A stretch of 60,668 nt of DNA from Parcubacteria group bacterium GW2011_GWC1_45_14 (GTDB lineage: Bacteria; Patescibacteriota; Minisyncoccia; Moranbacterales; GWC2-37-73): assembly GCA_001001345.1 (NCBI GenBank), contig LCKI01000002.1, forward strand, positions 1 through 60,668, written 5' to 3'. Made by a program: the position numbers and the translations under genes. Of the stretch, positions 27,024 to 34,781 are shown piece by piece. The first letter of the stretch is position 1; the number at the start of each line of letters is the position of its first letter. The notes beneath the pieces are model-generated. The model saw only the letters and a program-made list of their open reading frames with translations. It had not been told where the DNA came from and searched no databases.

Positions 27024-28487
27024 ATGTCCAAATCCAAAATATTTTTCTGGTTTTCGGTAAGCTTCATTTGCGGGATCGGTCTGCGGTCTTTTTTCGAAAT
27101 ATCGTCCGCCTTGCTTTTGTTGGGCGTGATAATTTCCATCTCCCTTCTGACTATTTTTTATAAAAATAAGACTGCGGCCCTGGCTGCTTTTTTTATTTTC
27201 GCTTTGGTTTTAGGCGCCTGGGTTCTGGATGGGGATTTGGAGAAAACAAAAAACATTTTCTTGGACGGGAAAAGTATAAACGGGAATGCGGTCATCGTCA
27301 AGGAACCAGAGAAAAAAGAAAATTATCAGAAAATTATCGCATGCTTGGAAGACGAACAGGAAAGGGTTTTGATAAACACCGCGCTTTATCCGGAATATTC
27401 CTATGGCGATAAAATAAATTTGGAATGCGTTTTGAAAATTCCAGAAAACAGGGAAGGGGATTTTGATTACAAATCCTATTTGGCCAAGGATGGTATTATG
27501 TATATCTGCGAAAAGGCGAAGTTGAAAAAAGTGGGAGAAGAGAAAAGAAATTTTCTTTATACGGCTGTTTTGAAAATAAAAAATAAGCTGGATGAAAACA
27601 TCGCGGTCGCCATTCCCCAGCCAGAAGCGGCTCTGGCAAGCGGGATGCTTTTCGGGGGAAGCGACGCGATGTCAGAAAAAGTCCAGGATGCGTTTTCGCG
27701 CACCGGTATGACGCATATAGTGGCGGTCTCGGGATATAACGTCACGATAATCGCGGAGTATCTGGTGCTGCTTGGAATATTTCTGGGACTCTGGCGAAGA
27801 CAAGCCCTTTGGGTGGCGATCTTCGGAATATTTATTTTCGTCGCGATGATAGGTTTTCCGGCGTCCGCGGTTCGGGCGGGTGTGATGGGGACGGTTCTTA
27901 TTTGGGCCATGAAAAACGGCAGACTTTCCAATTCTCTAAATGCTATAATTTTCGCCGGGGCGGTCATGTTGGTTTTCAATCCGATGCTTCTTCGATATGA
28001 CGTCGGTTTCCAACTTTCCTTTTTGGCGACCTTGGGAATCGTCTTGCTTTCTCCTTTGGCGGAAAAAATTTCTCTTCGAAAATTCAATCCGTTGGGAATT
28101 TCGGAAATCATCTTTCTTTCCATCTGCGCGCAGGTTTTCGTGCTCCCGATAATAATGCACAATTTCCAGACAGTCTCCCTGATCTCGCTTTTGGCGAATG
28201 TGTTGGTGCTTCCGATTATTCCGATTTCGATGTTGCTTTCATTTCTCGCGGCGGTCTTTGGAATTTTTCTTGCTCCCGCTTTCAATGTCTTTGCTTGGCT
28301 GGCCTACCTTCCGCTATACTATGAGATAGAAACGATAAATTTCCTTTCCGGATTTTCCTGGGCAAGCAGGACGGTTGAAGATTTTGGCCCGACTGCGGTC
28401 GTTGCGTATTACGCGGCATTGGGGGTTATCATGCTTTCCGTGAAGAAAATTGAAAATGTAAAAATCAAAAATAAAAATGACAGATAA
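27024..28487 (+). CDS. comEC: ComEC/Rec2 DNA-uptake channel, membrane part only (DUF4131-like + competence domain)
   Basis: Polytopic. FSRTGMTHIVAVSGYNVTII is the competence-domain signature. It lacks the metallo-beta-lactamase domain. Confidence 0.85.
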   Translation: MSKSKIFFWFSVSFICGIGLRSFFEISSALLLLGVIISISLLTIFYKNKTAALAAFFIFALVLGAWVLDGDLEKTKNIFLDGKSINGNAVIVKEPEKKENYQKIIACLEDEQERVLINTALYPEYSYGDKINLECVLKIPENREGDFDYKSYLAKDGIMYICEKAKLKKVGEEKRNFLYTAVLKIKNKLDENIAVAIPQPEAALASGMLFGGSDAMSEKVQDAFSRTGMTHIVAVSGYNVTIIAEYLVLLGIFLGLWRRQALWVAIFGIFIFVAMIGFPASAVRAGVMGTVLIWAMKNGRLSNSLNAIIFAGAVMLVFNPMLLRYDVGFQLSFLATLGIVLLSPLAEKISLRKFNPLGISEIIFLSICAQVFVLPIIMHNFQTVSLISLLANVLVLPIIPISMLLSFLAAVFGIFLAPAFNVFAWLAYLPLYYEIETINFLSGFSWASRTVEDFGPTAVVAYYAALGVIMLSVKKIENVKIKNKNDR

Positions 28488-28559
28488 AAATTAAAAATGA
28501 TTTATTGGATTTTGCATTTCATATTGTCATTTTCCATTTTGATATTTGATTTTTAAATC
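28452..28559 (+). repeat. imperfect A/T heptad inverted repeat spanning the comEC stop and the spacer
   Basis: The left arm gtaaaaatcaaaaataaaaatgaca pairs with the right arm tgtcattttccattttgatatttgatttttaaatc (11 consecutive pairs, then 8/10, by hand). Confidence 0.55.
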
Positions 28560-28565
28560 ACTATA

Positions 28566-29429
28566 ATGCCTAATCGCAAATTAATATACGGTCCCTTGCT
28601 CTTTTTCTTTGCCGTGTCCGTGATACTTGGAACCGCCGTCTTTTTCTCGAGAAGCCAGGATATGAAGGTCGTGTTTTTCGACGTGGGGCAGGGGGACGCG
28701 ATTTTGATTTCGCAGGGATCAAATCAGCTTCTCGTCGACAGCGGAAAGAGCGGGCAGATTCTTTTGGAAAAACTCGGAAAGTATATTCCTTTTTGGGACA
28801 GGAAAATAGAGGCAGTCCTTATGACGCACCCAGACCAGGACCATATCGGCGGGTTTGCGGAAGTTTTCAAAAGTTATGATGTCGGGATGGTCATCAGGAC
28901 AAATGCTGAGAACGACTCGCAGACTTTCAAGGCACTGGAAGAATATATAGTCAAAGAAGGAAGCAGTGTCGTCGAGGGAAAAATCGGAACGAAAATAATT
29001 TTTCCAAACGGATCGGAAATGGAAATCGTCTACCCGTTCTCTTCCATCCTTGGGAATTCGAAGGATACCAATGATTCAAGTATCGTTTCCATTTTGGAAT
29101 TCGGCGAAACGAAGTTTTTATTGATGGGCGACCTGACTTCCGAAAAGGAGGAAGAAATCCTGCGGAAAACGATAGATGTTTCCGCTGATATCTTGAAAGT
29201 CGGGCATCATGGTTCCAAATACTCCACCAGCGAAAAATTCCTCGAGAAAGTTTCGCCGAGGAATGCGGTAATCTCGGCCGGGAGGAATAATTCCTATGGG
29301 CATCCTGCTTTGGAAATTCTGGAGAGAATGAAGAAAAGCGGAGTGGAAATTTTCAGGACCGATGAAATCGGGGATATCTCATATGGATGCGACGATCAAA
29401 GGAATGATTGCCAATTGTCCGTGCGGTGA
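28566..29429 (+). CDS. metallo-beta-lactamase-fold protein (ComEC C-terminal nuclease-domain equivalent), membrane anchored
   Basis: FDVGQGDAILI, THPDQDHIGG, GDL....E and GHHGS are MBL motifs. One N-terminal TM. Confidence 0.85.
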   Translation: MPNRKLIYGPLLFFFAVSVILGTAVFFSRSQDMKVVFFDVGQGDAILISQGSNQLLVDSGKSGQILLEKLGKYIPFWDRKIEAVLMTHPDQDHIGGFAEVFKSYDVGMVIRTNAENDSQTFKALEEYIVKEGSSVVEGKIGTKIIFPNGSEMEIVYPFSSILGNSKDTNDSSIVSILEFGETKFLLMGDLTSEKEEEILRKTIDVSADILKVGHHGSKYSTSEKFLEKVSPRNAVISAGRNNSYGHPALEILERMKKSGVEIFRTDEIGDISYGCDDQRNDCQLSVR

Positions 29430-29470
29430 ATTTAAAAAAACAAAGGACCGCTTTCTGATATGGCAAATGT

Positions 29471-29498
29471 TTGCCTATTCTTACTTTTTTGCTAGAAT
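29471..29498 (+). promoter_or_regulatory. extended -10 promoter for ndk
   Basis: TTGCCT (29471-29476), a 16-nt spacer ending in TGc, then TAGAAT (29493-29498). Confidence 0.45.
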
Positions 29499-29550
29499 AC
29501 CAAAGAACCCAAGCGGCCTGGCCGCTCTTAATTTATAAGGCAATAAAAAA

Positions 29551-30156
29551 ATGGAAAAGCACCCAAAGCAGGAAAGGACATTCGTGATCATCAAGCCGGA
29601 TGGGATCCAGCGCGCAATGATCGGGGAGATAATCAGTCGTATCGAGAGGACAGGGCTAAAGTTCACCGCCATGAAATTTTTGGTACCGAAAGCCGAGCAA
29701 TGCTGGTCGCACTATAACAAGGATGAAAAATGGTTCGCGGAGAAAGGAGCCAAGATAGCCAAGCAGATTGAGGACAGGGGAGGGAAACTCGAAAAAGAGC
29801 CTATTGAATATGGCCGCGACATCATCGGGCAATTGGTGACCTTCATGACATCCGGACCGGTTTTGGCGATGGTAATCGAAGGTAATCAGGCAGTTGGAAT
29901 CGTGACGAAACTCGTCGGAGGAACCGAGCCTTTGACTTCGGACGTCGGAACTATCCGAGGAGATTTGACCTTGGACTCCTATGATTTGGCCGGGCTTGAC
30001 GGAAGGGCCGTGAGGAATTTGATCCACTGTTCCGACAAACCGGAAGAAGCTGAGAGGGAGATCAAGATTTGGTTCGACGAGAGCGAGATCATCAAATACC
30101 GATCCATCCAGGAAGCCATGCTTTACGACGTGAACTTGGACGGAATATTGGAATAG
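29551..30156 (+). CDS. ndk: nucleoside-diphosphate kinase (long form with insertions)
   Basis: ERTFVIIKPDG, SGPVLAMVIEG, TIRGD, NLIHCSD (catalytic His). At 201 aa it is longer than the usual roughly 140-150 aa. Confidence 0.85.
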   Translation: MEKHPKQERTFVIIKPDGIQRAMIGEIISRIERTGLKFTAMKFLVPKAEQCWSHYNKDEKWFAEKGAKIAKQIEDRGGKLEKEPIEYGRDIIGQLVTFMTSGPVLAMVIEGNQAVGIVTKLVGGTEPLTSDVGTIRGDLTLDSYDLAGLDGRAVRNLIHCSDKPEEAEREIKIWFDESEIIKYRSIQEAMLYDVNLDGILE

Positions 30157-30177
30157 TCTCGAATTTTTAGGAAATTC

Positions 30178-30207
30178 AAAAAACCGGCCTTTGTGGGCCG
30201 GTTTTTT
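30178..30207 (+). terminator. intrinsic terminator after ndk
   Basis: A run, then ccggcc-tttgtg-ggccgg, then T6. Confidence 0.85.
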
Positions 30208-30212
30208 CGTGT

Positions 30213-30241
30213 TTGACAGGTTTTGGGAAATTTAGTATATT
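30213..30241 (+). promoter_or_regulatory. near-consensus sigma70 promoter
   Basis: TTGACA (30213-30218), 17 nt, TATATT (30236-30241). Confidence 0.55.
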
Positions 30242-30247
30242 GTGCTT

Positions 30248-30331
30248 ATGAAGAATTATTCAACAAAATTCATTCTCGTGGTCAAGGGACTCATTCTCAT
30301 GGGTGAATTTTCGTCGGGTAATATTTCATAA
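30248..30331 (+). CDS. 27-codon ORF that would be leaderless (ATG 6 nt after the -10 hexamer); could instead be part of a small RNA
   Basis: MKNYSTKFILVVKGLILMGEFSSGNIS*. No SD. It is bracketed by the promoter at 30213 and the terminator at 30361. Confidence 0.25.
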   Translation: MKNYSTKFILVVKGLILMGEFSSGNIS

Positions 30332-30360
30332 AATTTTCCAAAAAAGATTTATGAAAGGAC

Positions 30361-30386
30361 CCCGGCGGAAAGGCCGGGATTTTTTG
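30361..30386 (+). terminator. intrinsic terminator or attenuator
   Basis: cccggc-ggaaag-gccggg-a-TTTTTT. Confidence 0.75.
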
Positions 30387-30599
30387 TACATTAACAATTG
30401 AATTATGGAAAGGAGGAGGTCGACATCATGCGGATGCCCGAATAGAAAAGGAAAAAATTTCTTCAGGAGGCTGGCGAGCTTGAGAATGCTAGCAGGGAAT
30501 CGAAGACGAATCGCTCAGAAACGTTATGCTAAGCAAGGCGCAATCGCTGAGAAGGGTGGCAATTTGTAAAAATAACTATTAGGAAAAAGGAGGACGTGT

Positions 30600-30809
30600 A
30601 TGCAGACAACGGAAAATAAGATGTGGTGTAATGGGAGAACGGGAGAAGTGGAAAAATTGAAGGAGGACATAGCCGCGCTGAAAGTAGAGTTGGACGAGGC
30701 CATCGCGAAAGGCGAAGGAGGTGAACAGTCCATGTGTAGGGACCTCATCGCGGAAAAGCAGCGAATGGTCTGCGAGTTGACCGGAGAGAAGTTTATTGAG
30801 GCGTGCTGA
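30600..30809 (+). CDS. small coiled-coil protein with 4 Cys, unknown function
   Basis: aaaggagga SD 6 nt upstream. 69 aa: MQTTENKMWCNG...KFIEAC. Confidence 0.6.
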   Translation: MQTTENKMWCNGRTGEVEKLKEDIAALKVELDEAIAKGEGGEQSMCRDLIAEKQRMVCELTGEKFIEAC

Positions 30810-30848
30810 TTTCTCAACACAAACCATTTTTCAGAAGGAGTATTTTTC

Positions 30849-31220
30849 ATGGAATACGGTCTATTAAAGGTTCCCCATAAGGCAGAGCAAAAAATATCCC
30901 ATATATCCATGGCAAGATGCGCGACCAATTTGCACAATGCTTTGGTGAAGTTTTTCGGGACACCTGAACATCATGAGCGCCGTCGCCAAAATCTCCAGAA
31001 CCGTATCTGTGCCCTCATGGAAAAGTTAGGCAAGGAGAATCTCCCGGGATTTTATCCCATGTCTCGTTTCGATGCACATTTGCAAAAACAGAGAGTTATT
31101 TTGGCTCGCCGGATGATGGCGATCGGCAGCGCCGAAGAAAAATACCTCGAGCTCCAGGAACAGGCGAAAAAGATCGAACGCGTTCTTTTGCTTCTGGAGA
31201 AATCCGAAGCCGCGCATTAA
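30849..31220 (+). CDS. hypothetical protein
   Basis: gaaggag SD upstream. 123 aa, with no motif I recognise. Confidence 0.55.
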   Translation: MEYGLLKVPHKAEQKISHISMARCATNLHNALVKFFGTPEHHERRRQNLQNRICALMEKLGKENLPGFYPMSRFDAHLQKQRVILARRMMAIGSAEEKYLELQEQAKKIERVLLLLEKSEAAH

Positions 31221-31380
31221 AAACGTCGAGTCTGCTCACAAAAGCAGACAGGCATAACCATTTCCCGACGGACCACGATCCGAAACGGGAGAAGGGCTCA
31301 TACAATGGGCCCTTTTAAATTTCCTTGAATCTTTGATTTATGGATGATAGACTTCAATTATTAAAAACGGGCAGCCCGAC

Positions 31381-31941
31381 ATGGACATAATAGAAAAAGT
31401 AAAAAATTTCGTGGAACAGGAATGCGGGAAGCCGGAAAGTAAATACGGCTTCGAGCCTTTCGAATTCCATTTCGTTCCGGTAGTGAGATACGCGGAGAGG
31501 CTTTGTGATGAATTGGGAGGGGACAGGGAAGTCATTTCGATCGCGGCGTGGATGCATGACATCGGTTCAATAGTGTATGGACGCGAGGACCATCACATCA
31601 CCAGCGCGAAAATCGCGGTGGAAAAATTGAGCGAGTTCGGATATCCGCAGGAAAAGATCGGTTTTGTGGAAAAATGCATCTTGAACCACCGCGGTTCGCA
31701 GAAAAGGGGAAGGGAAACCCTGGAGGAACAGATAGTCGCCGAAGCCGACGTTCTGGCGAATTTCGACGAGATCGCCGGAATATTCAAGGCCGCGTTCGTA
31801 TATGAAGGGCTTACTCAGGGTCAAGCCAGGGAATCTGTGCTTCAAAAGCTCACCAACAAATTCGAACAGCTCCATTTCGAGAAGTCCAAAGAAATAATCC
31901 GCCCGAAATTTGAGGCGGTGAAAATTCTCCTTGGAAAATAG
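31381..31941 (+). CDS. HD-domain phosphohydrolase
   Basis: H..VVRYAERL...AAWMHDIGS (the HD dyad), later ILNHRG and EADVLANFD. Confidence 0.8.
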   Translation: MDIIEKVKNFVEQECGKPESKYGFEPFEFHFVPVVRYAERLCDELGGDREVISIAAWMHDIGSIVYGREDHHITSAKIAVEKLSEFGYPQEKIGFVEKCILNHRGSQKRGRETLEEQIVAEADVLANFDEIAGIFKAAFVYEGLTQGQARESVLQKLTNKFEQLHFEKSKEIIRPKFEAVKILLGK

Positions 31942-32020
31942 GATGTCTTTACATGTCCGGGTATTTTTTATATACTCATCTGAAGTTAAAAAGCACCTTA
32001 AATAAAAAAAGGAGGGCATT

Positions 32021-32269
32021 ATGCTTGAAAGTGGCTTAAGGAAAAAGGAAGCTTTTGAGGATATGTCGGTTATTATCTTAAACAGGTATCTGATGTTAAA
32101 GAAGATACTGGAATCGGAAGGTTTTAATTTCAAATCAGGGAAAGATATTTCGGATTTGATGGAGATTGCCCGGTATTGTCTGGAAAAAGAAGGGAGCAAT
32201 CATTGTCTCAATGATTTGCTCAATTCGATAAAGACAGAGCTCCATGAAATTCTCGAATTTGTCGGCTGA
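32021..32269 (+). CDS. hypothetical protein
   Basis: aaggaggg SD upstream. 82 aa, predicted helical. Confidence 0.5.
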   Translation: MLESGLRKKEAFEDMSVIILNRYLMLKKILESEGFNFKSGKDISDLMEIARYCLEKEGSNHCLNDLLNSIKTELHEILEFVG

Positions 32270-32287
32270 AACTTTCTTCCAGGGAGA

Positions 32288-32518
32288 TTGCTTGTGAAAA
32301 ATTATGACAGAGAAGAATTGATCAGGAGACTGGCTGAGAAAGTAGCAGTGGGAGAGGCTTCCCGCGAAGATGTCGAAGATAGCGGTCTTAAGCTTAAGTC
32401 CGGTCGGAGTTTCAATGACGTCCTTAAATGCGGAATATTGAAACCTCAGCAAGAGCCCGGTGGAAATCGTTTGATGGTGCATCATACCATGAACAATCTC
32501 CGCGAAATCGTCGAATGA
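32288..32518 (+). CDS. hypothetical protein (TTG or GTG start)
   Basis: The ORF opens 18 nt after the previous stop, with agggaga upstream. 76 aa. Confidence 0.45.
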   Translation: MLVKNYDREELIRRLAEKVAVGEASREDVEDSGLKLKSGRSFNDVLKCGILKPQQEPGGNRLMVHHTMNNLREIVE

Positions 32519-32623
32519 GATAATGTTGCTGGGGAAATATCGGATCCGGAGCCTGAAAACGGCGGAGGTGGCGATTCGACGGGGAATTTGTTGAAAATTT
32601 TTATGGCGGCAATGTCCGCAGGG

Positions 32624-32652
32624 GACCATTCTGAAAAGTGGTCTCTTTTTTT
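32624..32652 (+). terminator. intrinsic terminator closing the small-gene operon
   Basis: gaccat-tctgaaaa-gtggtc, then tcttttttt. Confidence 0.55.
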
Positions 32653-32734
32653 ATTCGGGTATATACTTTCGATATGAGTTCACTTTTAAAACGTACATAC
32701 GCACGTACGTACGTCCGTAAGTACGAAAACAAAA

Positions 32735-32899
32735 ATGGAGAAAGAAACAAGAAAACTCGTGAAATCCTCCACCCATAGCTACATGGTCAACATCCCGAAA
32801 GAGATCGTGAAGAAATACGGCTGGAAGGAAAAACAAAAATTGGTCGTCGAAGACAAGGGAAACGGGATTGTCTTGATTAAGGATTGGAAAAGAAGATAG
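32735..32899 (+). CDS. AbrB/SpoVT/MazE-type DNA-binding protein (54 aa), absent from the ORF track
   Basis: MEKETRKLVKSSTHSYMVNIPKEIVKKYGWKEKQKLVVEDKGNGIVLIKDWKRR*. The S.-V.IPKEI....G....-.L.V....G.I.L pattern is typical of the swapped-hairpin AbrB fold. Confidence 0.65.
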   Translation: MEKETRKLVKSSTHSYMVNIPKEIVKKYGWKEKQKLVVEDKGNGIVLIKDWKRR

Positions 32900-32907
32900 T
32901 TTCACAG

Positions 32908-32940
32908 CGGAGTCCGACTCCGAATCGGAGTCGGACTCCG
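32908..32940. repeat. 33-nt nested palindrome, copy 2 of 2
   Basis: cggagtccgactccg-aat-cggagtcggactccg. The arms are identical to those at 22381-22413. Confidence 0.9.
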
Positions 32941-32967
32941 CAAGAAAGCCAGATGGGACGGAAAAGA

Positions 32968-33000
32968 AGAAAAGGGCCCCGGTTTCGGGCGCCCTTTTCG
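32968..33000. terminator. bidirectional intrinsic terminator
   Basis: aaaagggccccg-gttt-cgggcgccctttt, with an A run and a T run on either side. Confidence 0.7.
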
Positions 33001-33002
33001 GT

Positions 33003-33368
33003 TTACGCGACTTTTTTGACAGGATGTTTTGGCAGAGCGGCTTTGGCCGGATGATTTTGCGCTACCGCTAAATCGGAAATCACCTTCTTTCCCACCTCGA
33101 GCGCCATGGAAACGTCTTCCATGTAGCGTCTGGCGTCCGTGCGATGCCTGGCCTTTTGGGAGAGTATTCCCATTGTCTCAGTCTCGGCTTCCTTGAGCGC
33201 TGTTCTGAGGTCTTCATAAGTCTGGCCCTTCAGTTTTTTGGCGACCGTATTTGAAAAGAGGATTATTTCTTCGGGTACTCTCTTCTCTTTGCAATTCATG
33301 TGCCCTGTTATATCCAATAGGATCCTTCTGAAATCGCTTCCGATGGTTCCGTTTCCTGATATGTCCAT
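33003..33368 (-). CDS. hypothetical protein
   Basis: aaggagg SD 6 nt upstream on the minus strand. 121 aa, no recognisable motif. Confidence 0.55.
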   Translation of the reverse strand: MDISGNGTIGSDFRRILLDITGHMNCKEKRVPEEIILFSNTVAKKLKGQTYEDLRTALKEAETETMGILSQKARHRTDARRYMEDVSMALEVGKKVISDLAVAQNHPAKAALPKHPVKKVA

Positions 33369-33506
33369 GATCTTGCCTCCTTCTGGCAGTTTATGCCTTT
33401 ATTGTGATATATTTGATTCGGAAGGCCGTTTGATTCCAAGTGTGACCTTCAAGATAATACACAATTGTCGCGTAATACTTACTACGCATAGGATTAGAAT
33501 TTTTTT

Positions 33507-34727
33507 ATGGCGAGAAATTTGGCAGAGAAAATATTTTTCACATTATTGAAACTCGCGGCTTTAGTGGCGGTCGTTTTAGCTGGGCTGCATTTCAGAAATA
33601 CGGACGTCGGATACGTTCCTCAGGAGGCACTGAAAACGACTCCTGCCGAACTAGGCAGGCAACTTTCCGAAATCAAGGATAATCTGGCCAATAAATTTCC
33701 CCAATCCGAAGGGGAGACGCAAAAGACATATCAATGGCAATATGGCGGGAGGACATACTCCGTTTCCCAGACTTTGTATTCTTCGATCTATGGATTCTAT
33801 AAGTCGCAACCGAAGACATATACCTATTTCAATGAGCTTCCGGAAAATTGGGAAGAAGAATATTATGGCATGTTCATAACTGAAAACGAAAGGGATGTTT
33901 TCATTTCGGAATTGCTGGAATCCATCGTTACCGAGGGGAAAAGGAACAGGCTCTCGGAAGATCAGGTGGTTGAACTGGTGCTCGCTTTCGTGCAGTCTAT
34001 TCCTTATGACGACCAGAAGGCCGCGAATATCCTCGCGCGAACAGGGAATGAGACGATGGATTATCCTTATGAAGTCCTTTTCGAAAATAGCGGAGTGTGT
34101 TCGGACAAGAGCTTTTTGGCGACGGTGCTGCTAAGGGAGTTGGGATATGGCACAGCCATTTTCGTTTTCGAAAATGAGAACCATATGGCTATCGGAATCC
34201 AATGTCCGAAAGAATATTCCGATTATGACAGTGGGTATTGTTTCGCGGAAACCACCAGTGTCGGCAATAAAATCGGAATCGTTCCAGATCTTAAGGCTAA
34301 CGTCGGAAGCGCCGTCGGAACGGAGCAACTCGCTTATTTTAATGAAGAGGAAACTCGGGCATCCGTATCAACCAAGCTTACGGAGGTGAAGATTTTCCAA
34401 AAGACCCAGGGTAAGGAGTACAAAGGAATAATCCGGACTATCAGGATAAACAATGAAATTTCGGCTTTGAAGAAAGAATTGGCCGATTTGACCGCCGAGC
34501 TCAGGGAACTCAAGGAGCGGATCGGTGAAGACGAGGAATATTTGGCGGATAAAAAGAGAGACCTGGATAAATATTTGAAGAATGATGAGATTAAGAAATA
34601 TAACGAGCAGGCCGAAAAGTACAACGACACGCTTTCGGATTACGAAGACAGGATAAAGTCATATAATAAGAAGGTTAGCGTTTTCAATAAGAAGGTCGCG
34701 CGCTATAATGAGTTGATAAAGATATAG
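33507..34727 (+). CDS. membrane-anchored transglutaminase-like (papain-fold) domain protein with a C-terminal coiled coil
   Basis: TM LLKLAALVAVVLAGL. SGVCSDKSFLATVLLRELGYGTAIFVF..ENHMAIGI...GYCFAETT fits the Cys-His-Asp/Glu TGase-like core. The tail has repeated xYN motifs. Confidence 0.6.
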   Translation: MARNLAEKIFFTLLKLAALVAVVLAGLHFRNTDVGYVPQEALKTTPAELGRQLSEIKDNLANKFPQSEGETQKTYQWQYGGRTYSVSQTLYSSIYGFYKSQPKTYTYFNELPENWEEEYYGMFITENERDVFISELLESIVTEGKRNRLSEDQVVELVLAFVQSIPYDDQKAANILARTGNETMDYPYEVLFENSGVCSDKSFLATVLLRELGYGTAIFVFENENHMAIGIQCPKEYSDYDSGYCFAETTSVGNKIGIVPDLKANVGSAVGTEQLAYFNEEETRASVSTKLTEVKIFQKTQGKEYKGIIRTIRINNEISALKKELADLTAELRELKERIGEDEEYLADKKRDLDKYLKNDEIKKYNEQAEKYNDTLSDYEDRIKSYNKKVSVFNKKVARYNELIKI

Positions 34728-34781
34728 GAAAGTGCGGGTGTGTTAAAATGGAATAGATAAAATAATAATTGAAATAAAAAA

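Noticed and set aside
30405-30569. 54-aa Arg-rich ORF (MERRRSTSCGCPNRKGK...AEKGGNL) in the leader of the island.
   Set aside because: It has no SD before its ATG. Its RRR codons are themselves the strong aggaggagg SD that is ideally spaced for the 5-codon ORF at 30428. The composition looks like a translated regulatory region. It cannot be excluded without ribosome profiling.
32651-32905. 84-aa minus-strand ORF.
   Set aside because: Its N-terminal part is antisense to a convincing AbrB-fold ORF on the plus strand, and its C-terminal part is a translation of the acgtacg-rich repeat (YGRTYVRMYVL). The plus-strand gene is preferred.
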